Source of the DNA: Marinicellulosiphila megalodicopiae
GTDB taxonomy: Bacteria; Pseudomonadota; Gammaproteobacteria; Pseudomonadales; Natronospirillaceae
Direction: 5' to 3'
Length of the DNA: 32,000 bases
Assembly (NCBI RefSeq): GCF_045862395.1
Contig: NZ_AP023087.1
Location: 1,699,990-1,731,989, forward strand
Under the pieces are notes generated by a model. That model worked only from the letters and a program-made list of their open reading frames with translations, was not told the origin of the DNA and made no database searches. Below, one piece after another: positions 22,680 through 31,200 of the stretch (its first letter is position 1; each line of letters begins with the position of its first letter). The position numbers and the translations under genes were made by a program.

Positions 22680-23219
22680 ATGCATACTACAAAATTGAAA
22701 ATATTAAATCACACTATCCAATTGATTGGTGAGGAAGGACTATCAGGATTAAGTGCAGGTAACTTAGTCAAACAAATAGGCATAAGTAAATCAACAATAT
22801 TTCACCATTTCGAAAGTATTGACCAGCTCTTAATTGAATCGTTTGACTTGCTTATTGAGCAATTATTTATACAACAAGATGTAAAATACCCTTCATCGCA
22901 AGAGTATTTAGATGCTTTGGGTGAACAAACATTATATGCCTGTGAACATTATAATAAATTCATTACTGCTTATTTTATGTTTTTCACGAAATCTATTTTC
23001 AATAATGACATTAAACAAAAACTAAAAAGATCAATTAATAAATTTAAATGCAATATGAAAAATGACTTGTCAGCCTATTTTTCTAAAGAAGAGGCTGAAG
23101 ACTATGCCGAATTAATATTCACTAGTTTAGATGGTATGGCTATTCACTTTTTAATCTTTAAAAATAACCAAAAATTCATGAAGTCTTGGAAACTTTTATC
23201 AAATAAACTAATAACGTAG
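22680..23219 (+). CDS. TetR/AcrR family transcriptional regulator
   Basis: N-terminal HTH: ILNHTIQLIGEEGLSGLSAGNLVKQIGISKSTIFHHFESIDQLLIESF. Confidence 0.9.
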   Translation: MHTTKLKILNHTIQLIGEEGLSGLSAGNLVKQIGISKSTIFHHFESIDQLLIESFDLLIEQLFIQQDVKYPSSQEYLDALGEQTLYACEHYNKFITAYFMFFTKSIFNNDIKQKLKRSINKFKCNMKNDLSAYFSKEEAEDYAELIFTSLDGMAIHFLIFKNNQKFMKSWKLLSNKLIT

Positions 23220-23229
23220 GGCTTTAATT

Positions 23230-23790
23230 ATGTGGTTAACAAATGATATAAATATCATTAAATCTATGCATGATGTGTTTGGGTTAAAACAGAGTGTATT
23301 TTCAATTCTTTCCATTTTTAGCTTCTCTATACTCAGTACCATTTTATTATTGTATATCGGATGGGATTTTTTAAGTGAATTAGCGTTATGGAAAACAATC
23401 GTTGCAATGGTGATTGTTTTAGATATTAATGCTGGATTAATTGCCAACTTTACAAAGGGTACTAATGATTTCTACCAAAATGAACCTAAAAAAAGATGGA
23501 TCTTTATCTCGATTCATTTCCATGTATTAATTGTTGCTTGGCTGTTTGAAGTTGAAAGTTATAGTGCAGTCGTTATTTCTTGGGTGGCTACAATATCAGT
23601 TGCGTCGATGCTGAATATATTGAAAAGTAGCGCGTGGAGTTCAATGCAGAGAATAGTCGCTGCAGTGTGTCTAGGGTTGGGCTTAATTTTAATCATGGTT
23701 TTAAATTGGTCGAATTTAGTTTTACAAATAGTGGCTATGTTGTTTTATATTAAAGTGGCTTATAGCTTTTCGGTTAACCACTATGAATAA
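23230..23790 (+). CDS. Integral membrane protein of unknown function (about 5-6 TM segments)
   Basis: Hydrophobic segments; 11 nt after the TetR gene and overlapping the following GNAT gene by 8 nt. Confidence 0.7.
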   Translation: MWLTNDINIIKSMHDVFGLKQSVFSILSIFSFSILSTILLLYIGWDFLSELALWKTIVAMVIVLDINAGLIANFTKGTNDFYQNEPKKRWIFISIHFHVLIVAWLFEVESYSAVVISWVATISVASMLNILKSSAWSSMQRIVAAVCLGLGLILIMVLNWSNLVLQIVAMLFYIKVAYSFSVNHYE

Positions 23791-24412
23791 TATACAGTAT
23801 TATGAATTAACAAAAGCAGACGTAAAGCAAGCTGTTGATTTAATTGAATTAAGCTTTAGGCAGGATCCAATGTTTTTGTCTATATTTAGAAGTATAAAAT
23901 GTCGAAAGTTTTTTATTCATTATTTAATCAAACAAAATAATATTATCGGTGGAGCAACAACTGTTGCGATTAGTCAAAATAAAATGGTCGCTGTTTATTT
24001 ATTAAAACCCTATATTGCTAATCGATTTATTAATTTTCTAAAAGAATGCCAAGCGTTTATAGTCTTTTTACCACTTTTATTTAAGATTGGATTAAAATCA
24101 AGCAAACAGTTAAATGATTATTATAAAATAATTTCAAAAACAAAACCTAAAGGCCCACACTCATACCTCACTTTAATTGCGGTGAGTGATCATGCGAAGG
24201 GGCGAGGTGTGGGAAAAATGGTTTTACAAAATATTATTGAGCGACTACAAATTGAAAACAAATCTCAGGCATTGTTACTAGACACTGAAAACAAAGAAAA
24301 TATCGGATTTTATGAACATTTAGGTTTCACACTAACTCAAACTAAATCCGTCAATGAACTTAATATTTACTCTATGAAAAAAGTTAGTTCAGACATCCAA
24401 AATAAAAACTAG
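23783..24412 (+). CDS. GNAT-family N-acetyltransferase
   Basis: LIAVSDHAKGRGVGKMVLQNIIERLQ...LLDTENKENIGFYEHLGFTLTQ (motif A and B). Confidence 0.85.
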   Translation: MNNIQYYELTKADVKQAVDLIELSFRQDPMFLSIFRSIKCRKFFIHYLIKQNNIIGGATTVAISQNKMVAVYLLKPYIANRFINFLKECQAFIVFLPLLFKIGLKSSKQLNDYYKIISKTKPKGPHSYLTLIAVSDHAKGRGVGKMVLQNIIERLQIENKSQALLLDTENKENIGFYEHLGFTLTQTKSVNELNIYSMKKVSSDIQNKN

Positions 24413-24470
24413 GCTAATCCCCAAAAAAGAGCATTTTTTGTCCAAAATCTCAAAATCAAAACTAATCAAG
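24410..24470. repeat. ~60-bp direct repeat, left copy
   Basis: TAGGCTAATCCCCAAAAAAGAGCATTTTTTGTCCAAAATCTCAAAATCAAAACTAATCAAG; compare 25759-25820. Confidence 0.85.
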
Positions 24471-24527
24471 ATACCCAAGGTAAACCCTATAAGTTATTAT
24501 GAATATCTAATTAATGTGGAAATAAAA

Positions 24528-24968
24528 ATGGAATTCATAGAATTTAATAGCAATAGCCCACTGTATGAAGAAACAATGGAGCTTCGATATCACACCTTCT
24601 TTAAAAATTTTGGTTTGCCTAAGTCAGTCACACCCGATGAGCTAGAACCAGAAAGCATTCATTTGGCGTTGCTAAATCAATCAGAAATTCTGGCTTATGG
24701 TAGGTTGTCACCACTTGAAAATGGTGTGTTTAGAATCTCTCAAATCATAGTGCCTGAAATGCATCGTAAAATCGGCTATGCGACAGCACTGCTATTAAAG
24801 CTCATAAAACGTGCTCAGTCACTTGGGGCGACTAGCATTCAATTGAATGCTCAAGTATCGGCACAAAAGCTCTACGAAAATTGTGGTTTTGTTGCTAGTG
24901 AAAAACCATACAAAGTAAAACTAACAGGCGTTGAACACGTAAAAATGGTGGCGACACTATCCACGTAA
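24528..24968 (+). CDS. GNAT-family N-acetyltransferase (ElaA-like)
   Basis: MEFIEFNSNSPLYEETMELRYHTFF...RISQIIVPEMHRKIGYATALLLKLIKRAQSLGATSIQLNAQVSAQKLYENCGFV. Internal ATG at 24528 chosen over the ORF-track start at 24438. Confidence 0.88.
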   Translation: MEFIEFNSNSPLYEETMELRYHTFFKNFGLPKSVTPDELEPESIHLALLNQSEILAYGRLSPLENGVFRISQIIVPEMHRKIGYATALLLKLIKRAQSLGATSIQLNAQVSAQKLYENCGFVASEKPYKVKLTGVEHVKMVATLST

Positions 24969-25084
24969 CAGGCAGGTAGCATTGCCACTTTGTGGTCACA
25001 ATTTTTGGTGTAACAACCAAATTGATAATCTAGAAAAAGTAAATGAATACGAGAAACGCTTTCAATTGAACTTGCACAAAAATC

Positions 25085-25202
25085 CTATAACAAAGACGAT
25101 TAAAACAAGGCAATTAAAGCGGACACCCAAATCTTGGCTGGTGCTCGTTGCTCATAACCATTATAGCCAAGTATTTATTGCCGTTTATTACGGCGTCAGG
25201 TG
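25085..25202. other. Integron attC-like site (degenerate)
   Basis: CTATAACAA...GGCAATTAAAGCGGAC...CTTGGCT (25133-25139)...AGCCAAG (25165-25171)...TTTATTGCC (25174-25182)...TTACGGCGTCAGGTG. Imperfect dyad with extrahelical-base-like asymmetry, between two GNAT genes in the same orientation. Confidence 0.55.
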
Positions 25203-25206
25203 TTTG

Positions 25207-25671
25207 ATGAAAACGATTGAAAAAATCTCTTACCGTAAGGCGACTGAGAAAGACATTCCACAGCTTATTGAACTTCGTATCAAACAGCTTATAGATGAAG
25301 GATACCCTGAAATCAGAGACATTCGTCACGAGTTGCAAACGTATTTTGCAAACAGCTTAAGTAATGGCTCGCTGGTTTGTTGGCTTGGGCTCAGTAACGA
25401 TATAATTATCGCCACTGGTGGGCTTTGTTTTTATCAACTCCCTGGTTCTTTTTCTAATCCAACTGGAACCAATGCGTATATAACCAATATGTACACTGAC
25501 GATCAATTTCGTAAACAGGGCATTGCATCATTATTAATTGATAAACTTTTAGTTGAGGCAAAAGAACGAGGCTTTGTATCTGTAAAACTGCATGCATCAA
25601 CCCATGGAAAAAGTGTTTACGAAAAAGCGGGTTTTGTAAAAGCGGACGGTTATATGGGATTGACGTTTTGA
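25207..25671 (+). CDS. GNAT-family N-acetyltransferase
   Basis: MKTIEKISYRKATEKDIPQLIELRIKQL...YITNMYTDDQFRKQGIASLLIDKLLVEAKERGFVSVKLHASTHGKSVYEKAGFV. The 75 upstream residues in the track ORF translate the attC-like region. Confidence 0.92.
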   Translation: MKTIEKISYRKATEKDIPQLIELRIKQLIDEGYPEIRDIRHELQTYFANSLSNGSLVCWLGLSNDIIIATGGLCFYQLPGSFSNPTGTNAYITNMYTDDQFRKQGIASLLIDKLLVEAKERGFVSVKLHASTHGKSVYEKAGFVKADGYMGLTF

Positions 25672-25758
25672 GTTTTACCATTAAGTAAACTAATTAATCC
25701 TATGCGTTAAAATAGGGTGAATCGATAGCAAGCTAAACCAGACAACCAAAGTAAAACT

Positions 25759-25820
25759 TAGGCTAATCCCAAAAAGATTAGCCTTTTTTTGTACAAAATT
25801 TCAAAATCAGGACTAATCAA
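25759..25820. repeat. ~60-bp direct repeat, right copy, containing an intact terminator hairpin
   Basis: TAGGCTAATCCCAAAAAGATTAGCCTTTTTTTGTACAAAATTTCAAAATCAGGACTAATCAAG; perfect GGCTAATC/GATTAGCC stem followed by T-run. Confidence 0.88.
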
Positions 25821-25983
25821 GCCGCCATAAAAAAACCAACAAATCATTATGGTCACCTCACAATCCATGCTCATCAACCGCCAATATCCATGATGTACAA
25901 GAATAAATGGAACAAGTTCGAAATAATGTACATACTTGGTGAATATAGCAATTGTGTTGCAACAACAGATAGGCGGAACCATC

Positions 25984-26217
25984 ATGGCTAAAGGCAGTAT
26001 TTTTACAAACAATCGAACCCAAGCAGTGCGATTACCTGCGCAAATGCGTTTTGATGATGATATAAAGCAGGTAAGTGTCAGAATCGTAGGTAAAGAGCGT
26101 ATTCTTTGCCCATTAGAGAACACCTGGGACAGTTTCTTTATGCAGGATCAAAGCGTAGATGACGATTTTATGTCAGAGCGTGCCGAGCAAACTGAAACAA
26201 AGCGTGAGTCGTTTTAA
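25984..26217 (+). CDS. vapB: VapB-family antitoxin
   Basis: MAKGSIFTNNRTQAVRLPAQMRFDDDIKQVSVRIVGKERILCPLENTWDSFF; start at 25984 fits the family better than 25936. Confidence 0.9.
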   Translation: MAKGSIFTNNRTQAVRLPAQMRFDDDIKQVSVRIVGKERILCPLENTWDSFFMQDQSVDDDFMSERAEQTETKRESF

Positions 26218-26228
26218 TACTCAAATAT

Positions 26229-26624
26229 ATGCGCAATACAAACATTGTCATATACATTATAAAGCGCCGCCCAATTGAAGTATTGACTCAGTTTAATAAC
26301 CACCAAGGACAATTATGCATTAGTAGCGTGACCTTGGCGGAGTTAATTCATGGGGTTGAAAAAAGCGAAAGACCTGAGCACAACCTTAAGCAAGTAGAAG
26401 ATTTTATTTCACGCTTAGAAGTGCTTGATTATCAAAGTGGTGCCGCGTTTCATTATGGTGAAATACGAGCGAATTTAGAAAAAAAAGGCACCACCATAGG
26501 TGTGAATGATTTGCATATTGCAGGGCATGCTCGAAGTGAAGGGTTGATTATTGTCACAAATAATTTAAAAGAATTTGATCGCGTAGAAGGATTGCGTTGT
26601 GAAAACTCGGTGGCAGAGCACTAG
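26229..26624 (+). CDS. vapC: VapC-family PIN-domain toxin with altered first catalytic motif
   Basis: MRNTNIVIYIIKRRP...ISSVTLAELIHGVEKS...GVNDLHIAGHARSEGLIIVTNNLKEFDRVEGL; immediately after vapB. Confidence 0.9.
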   Translation: MRNTNIVIYIIKRRPIEVLTQFNNHQGQLCISSVTLAELIHGVEKSERPEHNLKQVEDFISRLEVLDYQSGAAFHYGEIRANLEKKGTTIGVNDLHIAGHARSEGLIIVTNNLKEFDRVEGLRCENSVAEH

Positions 26625-26649
26625 TTTAATATTGGCGCCCAATAAAATA

Positions 26650-26676
26650 GAGCTCGATTTAATCGAGCTTTTTTTG
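26650..26676. terminator. Terminator after vapC
   Basis: AGCTCGAT-TTA-ATCGAGCT stem (26651-26669) followed by a T-run. Confidence 0.9.
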
Positions 26677-26710
26677 TGCCTGTTGGTTATAGAAGAGGAA
26701 AGCTTCACTC

Positions 26711-26749
26711 GTCATCTTCAACTGTTTTGTCGTTGGGGATCCAGTGGCT
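26711..26749. repeat. Dispersed repeat family 1, copy C
   Basis: GTCATCTTCAACTGTTTTGTCGTTGGGGATCCAGTGGCT. Confidence 0.75.
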
Positions 26750-26834
26750 GCGGTTTTAGTTTGATGGTTAAAAGTGAAAGGGCAGTCAAAATGTGGGTGA
26801 TGGCTTGCCTTCATAACTATCCTAAAAAAAATTT

Positions 26835-26955
26835 GGATCCGACCCCAATATTGCAAAAGAACAACAAGAAGTACCAAAAGTGGATGTGAATTTGGGTTCT
26901 TGTTTTCCTCTAGATTGCCTTTTAAGAGAACAAAAGCAACGGTAAGTCAATGTGG
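26835..26955. repeat. Composite repeat: GGATCCGACCCCAATATT (26835-26852) plus ATTGCCTTTTAAGAGAACAAAAGCAACGGTAAGTCAATGTGG (26914-26955)
   Basis: Both modules recur near 22169 and 22210-22250 in the same order. Confidence 0.75.
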
Positions 26956-27083
26956 GTGAGTGCTTGCCCTCATGGGAAATAATTCAAAAGTGGGCGTCGC
27001 TTTTGATAGCTATTGGGTTTTTTGAACGCTCTTTGTTGTATAATTAGATTCACTAAAAAACAAGACACTCTCAAAGGGAATGC

Positions 27084-28091
27084 ATGGAAATCGAAACGTT
27101 ATTAACCCCACTGATTAAACCCTTTGTATATTTTGTAATATTTTCAATTTTTGTGGCAGTGATCAAGTCTGCTTGGTTCAAAGGTAAACTAGGGGAGTTT
27201 AAGGTTAATCTATTGCTGAAGTTGTTTCTAAATAAAGCACAGTATCATCTAATTAAAAATGTCACGTTACCGACCTTTGATGAATCAGGTCAGCACAGCG
27301 GAACCACACAGGTTGATCATATTGTAGTGAGTGCATTTGGTGTGTTTGTGATTGAAACCAAACATTTTAAAGGTTGGATATTTGGCAGTGAGTTCCAAAA
27401 GCAGTGGACACAACAGATTTACAAACATAAATCGAGATTCCAAAACCCGTTACTGCAAAACTACAAACATTGTAAAACCATAGAAAACCTGTTGGGTTTA
27501 GATGGCACTGACAAACAAGACAAGACCAAACGTTTGATCAAAAGCTTGGTGGTATTCACAGGCAGTGCTGAGTTTAAAACCGAGCTTCCAACGAATGTGT
27601 GTTATGACTCAAAACTGATTAAAACAATTAAAGGATTTAAAACCCAATTATTAGACGCACAGCAAGTGGCAAAAATAATCGAACAGATAGAATCTGGCCG
27701 ATTAAAGCGTGGGTTTGTTACTGACAAACAACATGCCGAGCATGTGAAGGTACTTGTTAAAGACAGTCAGTCAAGAGGCGGGAAAAGAGATAGTCAAAGA
27801 GTTACCCAAAGAGTAACGTCGTCAGGTAAACATGACAGACAGGGTGGTTTGAAGCGGGGTAGTAGAGTGGGTAGTGAGGTGGTTAGGTCTGAGATTGCTC
27901 GTGAAACTAGCGCTCAAGACTAGGCTAACCATAATTCAACTGATGGTGTTTTGATTGCTGATGTTGAACCTGAGTGTCCTAAATGTGGTGGGGGGATGGT
28001 GAAACGTCAATCTAAAACAGGTCAGTATGCAGGTGTCCCGTTTTTTGGGTGTTCGGCTTTTCCTAAGTGTCGAGGTTTGGTTCGGGATTGA
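27084..28091 (+). pseudogene. NERD-domain protein with C-terminal topoisomerase-type zinc finger, interrupted by in-frame TAG at 27921-27923
   Basis: NERD nuclease-like motifs GEFKVN...TTQVDHIVVSAFGVFVIETKHFKGWIFG; after the TAG the same frame continues ANHNSTDGVLIADVEPECPKCGGGMVKRQSKTGQYAGVPFFGCSAFPKCRGLVRD*. The track ORF stops at 27923. Confidence 0.8.
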
Positions 28092-28229
28092 AGTTGGCTG
28101 AAGCCTGAAATCGTGATTTTATAACGCTTTTCCGTTGAACTTAATGGCTGATGGGGGACGCGACTTCGTTATTTCCGGAAAGAGCTCAGTTGCTCAGACT
28201 CATTTCATGTTGGACAAGGCTTAAGCTCT

Positions 28230-28259
28230 TGATAAAGAAGTCTTTAGTGTAATATATTA
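28230..28259 (+). promoter_or_regulatory. Candidate promoter for the SIR2-STAND gene (TTGATA-N18-TATATT)
   Basis: Consensus-like hexamers 31 bp upstream of the ATG at 28290. Confidence 0.35.
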
Positions 28260-28289
28260 ACGGGAATATATATTTAATAAGACTTTTTT

Positions 28290-31200
28290 ATGAACGATAT
28301 CCAAATACCTGACTTTCTAAAAAAGTCCTTAGCTAGTGGCGAAGTTATTCCTTTGATTGGTGCTGGTGTTTCAATGTCAATTAAAACCAAGGAAGGTGAA
28401 AAAGCATTTCCTTCTTGGTCCGAATTACTTTTTAATGCAGCAGAAAAGCTAGAGAAAGAAGATAGTCAACTTGTTAAGCTTCAAGTAAAAAGAGGGAAGC
28501 TGCAACGCGCGGCTGAAGAAGCACAGGAGCTTCTAACAGGTCGTCCTTGGGGGGACTTTCTTAACTCACAGTTTTCTATTAATTTCAAAGAATTAGATGT
28601 TAGAGGTAAAGCGCTTCCTAAAGCTATTTGGCGATTAAGTAATAGAGTTGTCACTTTGAATTATGACAAGGTTCTTGAATGGGCTCACGAAGAATCTGCA
28701 AATTTATGTGTTTTTGACAATTCTAATTGCACTCAACTTTCAGAGTTTTCAAGACCAAGTCAACAAGAGATGCTCTGGCATTTGCACGGCACAATTGAAC
28801 ACCCAAAACACATGGTACTTACTCCGCAATCATACCACCGCTTATACGAAGAAGAAGCTGAAAAAAACTACAAAGCAGCGCTTACCAAGTTTAGAGAGGT
28901 GATTAGCAATAAGATCATTCTTTTTATTGGTTGCTCACTTGATGACGCAGAACTACTCGCTGAAATAGTGAAACAAAACGAGCTATTTGATGGGAATACT
29001 GGCCCTCATTATGCGCTGGTAAGAAAAACGGATGAACAGGAAATCAAGTCTAAGTTAACAGATAGTCATGTTCAAACCATTACTTTTAGTGATTTTGGTC
29101 AACCACTTATTGATGCTGTCACACAATTAGCTGAATGCAAAAAACAGCAACAGCTAGCAATCAATAATGAAAAAGAACTTAACCAACAACCTAAACTTGA
29201 CAATGACAAAGAACAAAAAAAGAAATTCAATAAAATAAGCCTGTTTACGGCCTCACCTTTAGATAAACCATTAGATGAAATTGATATCATCGCAAAACTT
29301 AAAAAATATAAATACCCTATTTTTCAACAAGCTTTCACCGAAAATAACCTAATGCAAGCCGATGATTACTCAATTATTTTATTACTCGCCAAGAAAACGA
29401 ATGGCGGACTTCTAATTGAAGATGATAATGCTTGTAGTGATTATTTAACTATTGAGGAGTTAGAACAAAACTTGCCAGTGAATGCTAAATTAACAGTATT
29501 GATAACGGACAAGTTACTTAGTGAGCAAGAACTAAAAACAATTAACTTTCCTTTGCTTGTTTTACCTGTATTAAATAAGCAGGGGAAAGATTTAAACATT
29601 CTAGATAAATTAACTCACCAGCTGTTTAAAAAACAGGATATTAAACCCTTTGTTGATAAAGAAGACATTCAATTAGTACAAGTTAGCGACGAGTTATTGA
29701 AGTCACTTAACCCTGAAAATCGAAAGGATTGGTTGAAGCATAATCCTGTATTACCCCGTGATATTAACTCAAGTGAGCTACAAGGTTTTACTGGGCGATT
29801 ATCTGATTTAGCTGATATTAGTCAAAAACTTACCAAAGCGGCGAATGGCCAAAGATTATTAACCATCAAGGGGAGTGGCGGGCTAGGAAAAACTACGATA
29901 GCAAAAAAAGTTGCATTAGAATTAGCCAATCGTGGCCGCTTTGATGCAGGCGTTTACTTTGTTGATTGTGAAAGTATAACCAGCGTAAATCAACTTGAAA
30001 TGCATATAGGTGAAGCTTTTAAATTACGCTCCGCTGATGATTTATTTGGCTACTTGGCGCAACATCACGATCAGCTTAGTCGCTTGTTGATTTTTGATAA
30101 TTTAGAAAGTTTGCTGTATTTAAAAAAATCTGACAAACAGCAAAACAAACAAGCTGTAGATCAAGTTAAAATTTTGTTATCACGTACTTTGATGTATGCG
30201 AACGTATTAGTGACCTCAAGAGAGATTATGAACACTGAATGGGAAGATGTGCTGTCGTTCAGGCAAATGGAATCTGAAGAGGCGCTAACCCTATTTAATC
30301 GTTTAACCAAAAATAACTATCTCAACGAAGATGATCAGGGCTATGTACGTAGGAAAATTTTAGAGCCGCTACTTAACAATAATCCGTTAGCTATTAAACT
30401 TATTTGTGATGGCATGCCTAATGGTAAGTGCTTAAAAGGGTTGAAAAAAGAGTTAGAAGATGACTTTTTTGGTAAGGTCAAAGAAGAAGATTTAATCTTG
30501 ATGTTTGACGATGAAGTTGACGCTAATATTAACCGCCAAGAATCGCTTTACGTTTCTATTCTATATTCATATGAAACGCTAAATAATAGTCAGAAGAGAG
30601 CGCTTGAATCATTTTCTCTATTTCCAGATGGTATTGACTTAAAAACCTTTAAGGCTTTGGTAGCAGAAAGCAAAAAAAGTGACCGAAACCAATACGAGAA
30701 TAAATTTAAAAAACCCGTTAGCGACAAAGATATTACGGTACTTGCAAATAAATCATTAATTGAAAGTAATAATGGAATTTATTCTCTACAGTCTGTCATT
30801 CAACGTTTTTCCCGTTTTCGATTTGACCAAAACACTCAAGAAAAAGATAAGATTGAACTTTTTAGAGGAGCACTTCGTTATAATGAGAAAACGCTGGAGT
30901 TTATTCAAAAATTAGAGAGAGTAAATAAAAAAGCAATCCCTCTATTTCTTTCAATCGTAAATAACTTATTCGCTGCAATTACCTATGGAACTAAAGAAAA
31001 TGTTGTGAGAAATTCAGAAGAAATAGAAGATTATTTTCATATGGTAAGAGCAATTAAAAACTTATCAATTACATTGAACTTATCTCACGACTTTTTAACC
31101 GTACTTAATGAAAATGCTATTGAACATCTCATCACTGAAAATAATAAAGAACAGCTAGAATTAGCATGGCAACTATTTAAAGTTAGCTCTATGTATTATA

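Noticed and set aside
24982-25206. N-terminal 75-aa extension of the GNAT protein ending at 25671
   Set aside because: The extension translates the attC-like region; a good GNAT start is the ATG at 25207.
24410-25820. CRISPR array
   Set aside because: The repeats here are only two ~60-bp copies 1.3 kb apart; no regularly spaced short repeats with unique spacers were seen anywhere in the window.
25758-26123. Minus-strand 121-aa ORF 25758-26123
   Set aside because: Overlaps the intact vapB gene and the terminator repeat; no recognisable motifs.
26599-26889. Plus-strand 96-aa ORF 26599-26889
   Set aside because: Overlaps the end of vapC, the terminator and repeat modules; composition is that of intergenic repeat.
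28663-28902. Small ORFs 28663-28902 plus and 29099-29290 minus
   Set aside because: Both lie inside the long uninterrupted SIR2-STAND frame and have no recognisable features.
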